Source: Polyangiaceae bacterium
Lineage (GTDB): Bacteria > Myxococcota_A > Polyangia > Polyangiales > Polyangiaceae
Length of the DNA: 43,180 nucleotides
Assembly (NCBI GenBank): GCA_044222475.1
Contig: JBGANF010000060.1
Span: 1-43,180, forward strand
Direction of reading: 5' to 3'
Below the pieces are notes generated by a model that worked only from the letters and a program-made list of their open reading frames with translations, had not been told where the DNA came from and did no database searches. Shown here in pieces: positions 18,078 through 25,121 of this stretch. How positions within the stretch are numbered: position 1 is the stretch's first letter; the number at the start of each line of letters is the position of its first letter. A program made the position numbers and the translations under genes.

Positions 18078-19400
18078 ATGGCGGAACGGCTGTTCAAGGA
18101 CCGCAACCTCGGGATCGAGGCCAACCTCGGTCGACCGCGCACGGTACTCGCCGTCGGTGCCCAGCTCGCGGCGACCGCGCAGGCCGCCCACGAGCGCGGC
18201 GCGCACGTCGTGGCGATCGAGTCGGATTCCCTCGCGATCCTGCAGGTTCGCGACGTCGCGGACGAGACCCATGCCCTTGATCGCGAGGACCCGTTCGCAC
18301 CGGTGCGCGGCCGATGCTTCGATCTCGTCGTCATCGAAGACGTCGACGTCGACGCCGTCCCGATGCTCCTCCGCGGCACGCCCGATCTCCTCACCGACGG
18401 CGGCCACGTCCTCGTCGCCGTGCGCAGCGGAAAAGGAACGGCCAAGCGCATCGAGGCGGAGCTCGCATCGATCGGTCTGGAGCCGCTGCGGGTCGATTTC
18501 GATCCCCGGATCTTGAAGACGGTGTCGTCGCTCACCGAGTCCGCCGACGATCTCCGAACGCTGCACACCACATCGTTCCGCTTCACCCAGCAAGTGTTCT
18601 GGCCGTTCGAGCGGCTCATCGCGCGCGCGTTCCCGGTCGCCCTCGCCGACGAGATCATCTTCGTCGCCCGCAAGCCGCCAAAGAAGGGCCCGCTGTCGCT
18701 CACCGTCGGCATGCTCACGCTCAACGAAAAGGAGAGCGTCGAGCGCATGATCGACGACATCCGCGCCGTCGCGCCGGACGCGAAGATCCTCATCGTCGAC
18801 AGCTCGAGCGACGAGACGCCGGTGCTCGCGCGCGCCAAGGGCGCGCGCGTGATCCGCCAGCTCCCGCCGCGCGGTCACGGCATGGCGATGGAGCGCCTCA
18901 TGTACGAGGCCGCGAACGAGAGTGACGCGCTCATCTACATCGACTGCGACTTCACGTACCCCACCCACGAGATCCCGAACATTCGGCGCATGCTCGAAGA
19001 GGGCGCGGACGTGGTCAACGGCAGCCGCACGTCGAAGTACCCGGAGGCCATGCCGGTCCCGAACTACATCGCCAACCGCACGTTCGCCGCGAGCGCGAAC
19101 CTCGTCCACGGCATCCCCACGACGGACGTGCACTCGGGCATGCGCGGCTACCGATCGTCGGTCATCCGCGCGTTCTCGTTCGATGGCCAGGGAGATGCGC
19201 TCCCGCTCGACACGCTCATCCTCCCCGCGCGGTCGAACTATCACGTCATCGAGTTCCCCATCGAATACAACGAGCGCGTGGGCTTCTCGAAGCTCGCGAA
19301 GCTGCGTGGCACGGTGTGGAGTTTCATCCGAATCGGCACCGCGATCGGCAAGGGGACGCGAGTGCGCCGAGGAAAACGCTACGTCCTCGGACGCAAATGA
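18078..19400 (+). CDS. GT2 (DPM-synthase-like) glycosyltransferase with degenerate N-terminal methyltransferase-like domain
   Basis: C-terminal MLTLNE, IVDSSSD, IDCDFTY (DxD), VVNGSR, DVHSGMRGYR and EFPIEYNERVG.SKL. Confidence 0.88.
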   Translation: MAERLFKDRNLGIEANLGRPRTVLAVGAQLAATAQAAHERGAHVVAIESDSLAILQVRDVADETHALDREDPFAPVRGRCFDLVVIEDVDVDAVPMLLRGTPDLLTDGGHVLVAVRSGKGTAKRIEAELASIGLEPLRVDFDPRILKTVSSLTESADDLRTLHTTSFRFTQQVFWPFERLIARAFPVALADEIIFVARKPPKKGPLSLTVGMLTLNEKESVERMIDDIRAVAPDAKILIVDSSSDETPVLARAKGARVIRQLPPRGHGMAMERLMYEAANESDALIYIDCDFTYPTHEIPNIRRMLEEGADVVNGSRTSKYPEAMPVPNYIANRTFAASANLVHGIPTTDVHSGMRGYRSSVIRAFSFDGQGDALPLDTLILPARSNYHVIEFPIEYNERVGFSKLAKLRGTVWSFIRIGTAIGKGTRVRRGKRYVLGRK

Positions 19401-21181
19401 GCGACGAGACGCCGCCCGACCGCCGCGCCATCGTTCCGTGGGTCGTCGTCGCGGTGACCCTCGCCGGCTTCTGGGCCGCGGCGAGCGCAGCCAAGTGGTA
19501 CATCGACGCGCCGTTCCTCATGCTCCCGGTCGACGCGCCGAACGCGGCGCAGTCGTCGCGGGTCGTCACCTCCGTCGAGTGGCTCCTCACGCAGAGCGCC
19601 GTCCTGTTCGTCATCCCGGCGATAGTCGCCGCGGCGTTCGCGCTCCGCGAGCGTGATCGACCCTTCGCCAAGATCGACGAGTTCCTCGCCGGGGATCCCA
19701 GAGTGGTACCGGCCCTCATGGCGAGCATCGCGATCGCCGGCGCGGCGTTCGTGGGCTACGCGCTGCTGTCGCACACGGAGCTCCTCGACGACGAGCGGAG
19801 CTACCTCTTCCAGGCCGATCTCCTGAGGCACGGAAAGTTCTCCGAGCCCGCCCTGCCTCACGCGTTCCGCAACCAGATGATCCTCGTCGACCCGGCGCAC
19901 ACGAGCAAGTATCCACCCGGGAACGCGCTGCTCCTCGCGTTGGGGATGCTGGTGCACGCGGAGTACCTGGTTCACCCGATCCTCGCCGGCGTCCTGGTGC
20001 TCGCGGTGCACGCGTTCGTGAAGGATGCGTTCAGCGCGAAGCAGGCGCACCTCGCCGCCGGTCTCGCCGCGCTGTCGCCCTTCGTGTGGGCGATTCACGG
20101 AACGGTGCTCTCGTTCGGGGTCGCCGGCACGGCGATCGCGCTCGCGCTCGCGGGCGCTGCCCGGCACGACCGCACGTCGAGCACGGCGAGCGCGGTCGTG
20201 TGCGGTGCAGCGCTCGGCTTCCTGGCGATCGTCCGCCCGTTCGATGCGGCGGTGCTCGGCACGCCGATCGCGATCTGGTGCGTGCTTCGCTCCAAGACGC
20301 GAGTGCGCACCGTCGGCCTCGTCGCCGCCTCTGCGGCCGCGTTCGTGTGGCTGATCCCGATCCAGAACCACGCGGTGACCGGGTCATACACGAAGATGCT
20401 CTACTCGCTCGATCGCGAGAACCCGATGCATCTCGGGTTCACGAAGCCGTTTTCCGGGCCCTACGTCCACAGCCTCGGCGGCGGCTTGGTGGTGACGTCG
20501 ACGGTGCTGCTCCGTCTCGACGGCTGGTTGCTCGGCGTGCCGGGTGCGCTCGTCGTCGCAGCGGTCGGGCTGCTCCAGAGGGACCCAGGCGCGAAGCTCC
20601 TGCGTTGGTTGGTCGGGTTCTTCCTCGTCGCGTTCCTCGTGATCCCGGGGCCGGGCACTTGGGACGTCGGGCCGACGTACGGCTACGTGCTCGCGCCGAT
20701 CCTCTTCGCCGCGGTCGCCCATGGCGCCGCTGCGCTGCTCCGCATCGCGGGGCGCTTTCGGACGATCGGCGAGTGGGCGATCCTCGCGACGATCGCGGTC
20801 GCGCTCGTCACGGTAACCCCGCTGCGCTACGCCCGCATGACGCAGCTCGCGCGCGCGGTGCGCGAGCCATGGGAGTTCGTGGCGTCGTCGGGGATCGGCA
20901 ACGCGAACGTGGTCGTGCCGCCGATCTGGGCGCGCGGCGCTGCCGGCTGGGGCTACGGGTACCCCTACGAGATCGCGACCGGAGACGGCACCCGAGCGCG
21001 CCTCGTCTTTCCGCTGAGCCGTGCCGAGTACGACGAGATCAAGCCGATGCTGGGCACGGATCCGGTGTACCTACTTGGGATGGACCGCCAGGCCTTCGCG
21101 CAGACGGGGGAACGTCATTTCACGCTGACGCCCCTCGACCCGAACATGGACTGGCCCCGAAAGTCACCGCCCCCGCAGTGA
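19397..21181 (+). CDS. Polytopic GT-C membrane glycosyltransferase, paralog of 332-2254
   Basis: LLDDERSYLFQA, SKYPPG, VRPFD and WDVGPTY. ATGA overlap with the upstream GT2 gene. Confidence 0.75.
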   Translation: MSDETPPDRRAIVPWVVVAVTLAGFWAAASAAKWYIDAPFLMLPVDAPNAAQSSRVVTSVEWLLTQSAVLFVIPAIVAAAFALRERDRPFAKIDEFLAGDPRVVPALMASIAIAGAAFVGYALLSHTELLDDERSYLFQADLLRHGKFSEPALPHAFRNQMILVDPAHTSKYPPGNALLLALGMLVHAEYLVHPILAGVLVLAVHAFVKDAFSAKQAHLAAGLAALSPFVWAIHGTVLSFGVAGTAIALALAGAARHDRTSSTASAVVCGAALGFLAIVRPFDAAVLGTPIAIWCVLRSKTRVRTVGLVAASAAAFVWLIPIQNHAVTGSYTKMLYSLDRENPMHLGFTKPFSGPYVHSLGGGLVVTSTVLLRLDGWLLGVPGALVVAAVGLLQRDPGAKLLRWLVGFFLVAFLVIPGPGTWDVGPTYGYVLAPILFAAVAHGAAALLRIAGRFRTIGEWAILATIAVALVTVTPLRYARMTQLARAVREPWEFVASSGIGNANVVVPPIWARGAAGWGYGYPYEIATGDGTRARLVFPLSRAEYDEIKPMLGTDPVYLLGMDRQAFAQTGERHFTLTPLDPNMDWPRKSPPPQ

Positions 21182-21182
21182 G

Positions 21183-21293
21183 GAACCGCCAGGGGCGCCA
21201 GGAGCGCCAAGAGAAGAAGAAATGGCTGGTCGACGGAACCAAACCCTCTTCGACCGCGTCCGTCCCTGGCGGTCCTGGCGCTCCTGGCGGTTC
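21183..21293. repeat. REP-like imperfect palindrome with arms built from 9-bp units
   Basis: Left arm GAACCGCCAGGGGCGCCAGGAGCGCCAAG (21183-21211) matches the reverse complement of 21265-21293 at 26 of 29 positions. It lies between convergent genes. Confidence 0.8.
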
Positions 21294-21300
21294 TCTTTCG

Positions 21301-21918
21301 CTACGGCGCCGCGAGGATCTTTTGCACGATCTCGGCGAAGCGCGCCCCATGCACGTGGGGCGTCGGTTGGACCGAGCCCGCTCCGGCCCGCAGCGGACAC
21401 AGCTCGCAGCGCTTCGTGTCGAACAGGAGCGCCGTCTTCACGCCGGCAGCAATCCCCGCCTCCACGTCCGAGCGGGTGTCGCCGATCATCCACGACGACG
21501 CCGCATCGAGCGAGAGCTCCTGGATGCACTCGATCAAGAGCCCCGGCTTCGGCTTTCGACACGCGCACGGCCCTACGAGCGTCGCGTCTCCGCCGGGTCC
21601 GCCATCCGGGTGGTGCATGCAGGTTGCAACGTGATCGATCACGACGCCCTGCGACGCCAGCTGCGCCACGAGCTCCGCGTTCGTCTTGCCGACCGCATCC
21701 CGTGAGTACTGCCCCTTCGCCGGCCCCGGCTGGTTCGTCGCGATCGCGAGCTTGAAGCCCGCATCGCGCAGCGCCCGAAGTCCCTCGACGACGCCGTCGA
21801 AGATCCGCACCTGGCTCGGATGAAACGCGGTGACGATTGCGCCCGTCTCTTCGTCACGCACGACGTCGATCAGGGTCCCGTCCCGATCGAGGATGACGCC
21901 ACGTGACGGCGCGCTCAT
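21301..21918 (-). CDS. gmhB: D-glycero-D-manno-heptose 1,7-bisphosphate phosphatase (HAD IIIA)
   Basis: DRDGTL, ATNQ, CMHHP...CACRKPKPG and MIGD motifs, in an operon with SIS, GHMP and NTP-transferase genes. Confidence 0.85.
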   Translation of the reverse strand: MSAPSRGVILDRDGTLIDVVRDEETGAIVTAFHPSQVRIFDGVVEGLRALRDAGFKLAIATNQPGPAKGQYSRDAVGKTNAELVAQLASQGVVIDHVATCMHHPDGGPGGDATLVGPCACRKPKPGLLIECIQELSLDAASSWMIGDTRSDVEAGIAAGVKTALLFDTKRCELCPLRAGAGSVQPTPHVHGARFAEIVQKILAAP

Positions 21919-21922
21919 CGGA

Positions 21923-22522
21923 TCACTTCGTCGATTCCCACTTCGTCGCTTTCTGCTGGAGCGCCGGGTGGCTCACGAGGAGGTGCCACAGAACCGCGGC
22001 AAAGCCTTCGGTGTGAGGCGTCACGCGATCCTTGTGCACGGTCGGGACGATCACGCAGGCGTCGGCGACCTGTTTCGTGTAGCCGCCGTCGCGACCGACG
22101 ATCCCGAAGACCTTCGCGCCTCGCTCCTTCGCGAGCTCGAGCGCGTGCACCAGGTTCACGCTGACGTTCTTCTCGCGGTTGCCACCACCGACCGAGAAGA
22201 TCAGCAGCGCGTCTTTGCCATTCAGCCGCGAGCCCTTCAGCCACTCGGAGAAGGTCGTGTCCCAGCCTTCGTCGTTCGTGCGGGCGGTGAGCTCCGACAC
22301 GTTGTCGGTCGGCGTGTACGCCTCGAAGCCGCAGATCTTGCGAAAATCGTTCACCGCGTGGCTCGCGTGACCGGCGCTCCCGCCGACGCCGAGGATGAAG
22401 AGTCGCCCGCCGCCGTCGCGAGTAGCGGCGAGCCCCGTCGCCATCGCTTCGGTCTGCGCGACGTCGATGCCCTTGATGAGGGTGATGCTCTCTTCGAGAA
22501 ACTGTTCGGTGAAAGTGCTCAT
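21923..22522 (-). CDS. gmhA: SIS-domain phosphoheptose isomerase-like protein
   Basis: GVGGSAGHASH, LTARTND.G, SVGGG and GRDGG, plus operon context. Confidence 0.8.
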   Translation of the reverse strand: MSTFTEQFLEESITLIKGIDVAQTEAMATGLAATRDGGGRLFILGVGGSAGHASHAVNDFRKICGFEAYTPTDNVSELTARTNDEGWDTTFSEWLKGSRLNGKDALLIFSVGGGNREKNVSVNLVHALELAKERGAKVFGIVGRDGGYTKQVADACVIVPTVHKDRVTPHTEGFAAVLWHLLVSHPALQQKATKWESTK

Positions 22523-22534
22523 GACGTCCTTCGT

Positions 22535-23530
22535 TCAAGACCGGTGGAGGTTGGCCGCAATGCGCGCGCCGTCGAAGTCGAAGCGGAACCGCATCGGGCG
22601 CAGTCCGCGCGCCGTCAGCGCTTCGTAGACTTGCCGTTTGCTCTCTGGGCGCACGTAGAACATGAAGAACCCGCCGCCCCCGGCGCCCATGAGCTTGCCG
22701 CCGATCGCGCCGGCGGTCCGCGCGGCGGCGTAGTGGCCGTCGATCGCGTCGTCGGTCATGTTCGCGGCGAGCTTCCGCTTGTTCGTCCAGTGCTCGTGCA
22801 TGAGCTCGCCGAAGTAGTCGACGTTGCCCTCGAGCAGGAGCTTCTTCGTCTCGTAGCCGATCTCCTTGATGCGATGCATCCGAGCGACGGCGTCGTCCTT
22901 GTTCGACTTGACGGTCTTCGCTTGCTCGGAGAGCACCGCCGACGCCGACCGCTCGACGCCGCTGTAGAAGATGAGGAGGTTCGACTCGAGCTCGTCGATC
23001 ACCGCTTCGCGGACCGGTAGCCGCTCGGTGTGGACCGACCCGTCCTTGTCGAACGTGAGCGCGGTGATGCCACCGTACGCGGCGATGTACTGGTCCTGTT
23101 TGCCGATCGGCTCCGAGAGGACGTCGATCTCGATGTGGCACGCCTCCTCGGCGAGCTGCGACGTCGGCACGTACTCGCGCTTGAACGCGTGCAGACCGTT
23201 GAGGAGCGCGACGGTGAACGAGCTCGACGAGCCGAGGCCGGAGTTCGCCGGAACGTCCGCGAGGCTGTGAATCTCCATGCCGCCTTCGGGCTTCGTGAAG
23301 CGCAGCGCTTCGCGGATGATGCGGTGCTCGATCTGATCGACCGAGTCGACGAGCTCGCTCTTGGAGTACGCGAGCCGGATGTTCGGGTAGAACCGACGCG
23401 CCACGCAGACGCTGACGTACTTGTCGATCGCCGCGGCGACGAGGAACCCGCCGTGCTCGCGCGAGTAGCTCGGGAGGTCGGTGCCTCCTCCTCCGAGCGA
23501 GAAGCGAACCGGTGCGCGCGAAACGATCAT
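22535..23530 (-). CDS. hddA: GHMP kinase, D-glycero-alpha-D-manno-heptose 7-phosphate kinase-like
   Basis: RAPVRFSLGGGGTD, PANSGLGSSS, GKQDQY and GGKLMGAGGGGF. Confidence 0.85.
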   Translation of the reverse strand: MIVSRAPVRFSLGGGGTDLPSYSREHGGFLVAAAIDKYVSVCVARRFYPNIRLAYSKSELVDSVDQIEHRIIREALRFTKPEGGMEIHSLADVPANSGLGSSSSFTVALLNGLHAFKREYVPTSQLAEEACHIEIDVLSEPIGKQDQYIAAYGGITALTFDKDGSVHTERLPVREAVIDELESNLLIFYSGVERSASAVLSEQAKTVKSNKDDAVARMHRIKEIGYETKKLLLEGNVDYFGELMHEHWTNKRKLAANMTDDAIDGHYAAARTAGAIGGKLMGAGGGGFFMFYVRPESKRQVYEALTARGLRPMRFRFDFDGARIAANLHRS

Positions 23531-24241
23531 CTAAGGCTCCACGTTCGAGGTTCGCCGAAGGTACGCGTTCAGGGTCGCGAGCCCATCGGGCGAGCCAATC
23601 TCGAAGAACCTCTCACGGGCCACGTACGCCCGCAAGCGCCTCCGTGACGCGAGATCGGTCTGGATCCGGTCGAGCCCGAACGCGACACCCGCCGGCTCGC
23701 GCTCGATCACCGAGCGGCGCAGGGCGATGGCCCCGTAGTCGATGTGATCGAGCGCGGGATCCGTTCCGCCCTTCTCGTAACGAACGACCCAGGTTCCGTC
23801 GGTCTCGGTGTTCGACGCGTCCCACTTTCCTTCGTTCTTGTAGACGCTCATGACGCCGTCGCAGTCGGCGTGGGCGGCGAGCATCTTCAGTGGCCCGGCG
23901 TAGTCGAAGGGGAGGTAGCTGTCGCCGTACGTCACGAGAAACGCGTCGTCGAGCAACGGCAGCGCGGCGCGCAGGGCGCCGCCCGTGCCGAGGAGCGTCT
24001 TTCCCTCCTCCGAGTAGCGCGCGCGGACGCCGAAGCGAGCGCCGTCGCCGACGTGAGCCTGGATCTGCTCGCCGAGGTGGGCGATGCAGAACACGACGTC
24101 GTCGTAGCCGGCGGCCGAGAGCTTCTCGAGCAGCCAGTCGACAAACGGACGGTCCGCAACGTCGAGCATCGCCTTCGGAACGGTGAGGGTGTGCGGCCGC
24201 ATGCGCGTGGCGAGCCCCCCAGCGATGACGACCGCCTGCAT
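23531..24241 (-). CDS. hddC: Sugar-1-phosphate nucleotidyltransferase, heptose-1-phosphate guanylyltransferase-like
   Basis: IAGGLATRM...PKAM, LGTGGAL, VTYGDSY and FFEIGS. First gene of the heptose operon. Nucleotide specificity is inferred from context only. Confidence 0.7.
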   Translation of the reverse strand: MQAVVIAGGLATRMRPHTLTVPKAMLDVADRPFVDWLLEKLSAAGYDDVVFCIAHLGEQIQAHVGDGARFGVRARYSEEGKTLLGTGGALRAALPLLDDAFLVTYGDSYLPFDYAGPLKMLAAHADCDGVMSVYKNEGKWDASNTETDGTWVVRYEKGGTDPALDHIDYGAIALRRSVIEREPAGVAFGLDRIQTDLASRRRLRAYVARERFFEIGSPDGLATLNAYLRRTSNVEP

Positions 24242-24311
24242 GGCGGATCGGATCTAGCACGCTCGGACTCGTCGTGACGGCGCGTCAGTGGTTCCCGCTC
24301 GGCGCCGTCTC

Positions 24312-24340
24312 TTGACAGGAGGAATCCTTCCCGTTACTGA
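24312..24340 (+). promoter_or_regulatory. Sigma70-type promoter of tRNA-Lys
   Basis: TTGACA (24312-24317), 17-nt spacer, weak -10 TACTGA, then a GC-rich stretch before the tRNA. Confidence 0.55.
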
Positions 24341-24352
24341 AGCGCCCTCTCT

Positions 24353-24428
24353 GGGCCAATAGCTCAATTGGTAGAGCAGCGGACTCTTAATCCGTTGGCT
24401 GACAGTTCAAGTCTGTCTTGGCCCACCA
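24353..24428 (+). tRNA. tRNA-Lys(CTT)
   Basis: 76 nt. Acceptor stem GGGCCAA/TTGGCCC, D arm AGCTCAATTGGTAGAGC, anticodon arm GCGGA-CTCTTAA-TCCGT, T arm GACAG-TTCAAGT-CTGTC, encoded CCA. Confidence 0.97.
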
Positions 24429-24441
24429 GCAGTACCGCGCA

Positions 24442-24954
24442 TCAAAAGGCGCGACCGCGTTTCCCTAGGCGGCGCTTCTTCGGAAGCCTCTCGACCAGCT
24501 GATCCAGCGTCACCGCCGACGGATCGACCGCGTCGCGTGGATGAATCTGGATCGTCTGCCACGTCAGCGGCGTGCCGAGGCTGCCGACGCGCTCGAGGAT
24601 GGGCTCGAGCGCCGGTGAGTCCACCACGCGATCGATGAGCGCGCTCTTTCGCGCTTGGATCTTCACGATCGCGGCGATCGTGGCGACGAGCGAAACCGCG
24701 GCGAGGGCAATCACGAGCGGGTGCCCCGACACCGAGCCGACGCCGAAGAGGCACGTACCGAGGACGCCGGCGATGCCGACGCCTTGCAGCGGCTTGATCG
24801 CGTCGAGCTGGGCTGCGCACTCCGCGCAGGCCTCGCCCGCGACGTCGATCCACACCCGACCGCCACCGCCAATCTCCGCGACCCGGATGACGAATTGCCG
24901 CCCGACCCGAGGGCGCTCCTCGCACAGCCCGCAGAGCTTCGCCTCCGCCACCAC
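24442..24954 (-). CDS. Hypothetical membrane protein with CxxC...CxxC motif
   Basis: CGLC and CAEC followed by two hydrophobic helices. Coding-like composition. Confidence 0.6.
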   Translation of the reverse strand: MVAEAKLCGLCEERPRVGRQFVIRVAEIGGGGRVWIDVAGEACAECAAQLDAIKPLQGVGIAGVLGTCLFGVGSVSGHPLVIALAAVSLVATIAAIVKIQARKSALIDRVVDSPALEPILERVGSLGTPLTWQTIQIHPRDAVDPSAVTLDQLVERLPKKRRLGKRGRAF

Positions 24955-25060
24955 CCCACCATCCTACGAGGATTGTTAGCCGGCAAGCGAGCTCGGGCGA
25001 TCCCCTGCCGGCCCCCTCAGCTCGGTCGTAAGTACTCATCTCGTATGGCGAATTCGTATT

Positions 25061-25114
25061 TTTATGCAAATCGTCATATTCTACCCTTGCCGAATATGCA
25101 GGGCGACATATTCT
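25061..25114 (+). promoter_or_regulatory. Promoter with two TetR-type operator palindromes
   Basis: TATG-N8-CATA occurs twice (within 25061-25080 and 25092-25113). The second overlaps TTGCCG-N16-TATTCT, which ends 7 nt before ATG 25122. Confidence 0.65.
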
Positions 25115-25121
25115 GGGGTCG

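Noticed and set aside
21301..24241. Reading the heptose operon as the ADP-heptose LPS inner-core pathway
   Set aside because: The kinase is GHMP (HddA-type) and the transferase is an NTP_transferase, not HldE/HldA/HldC. No hldD, waaC or waaF was seen.
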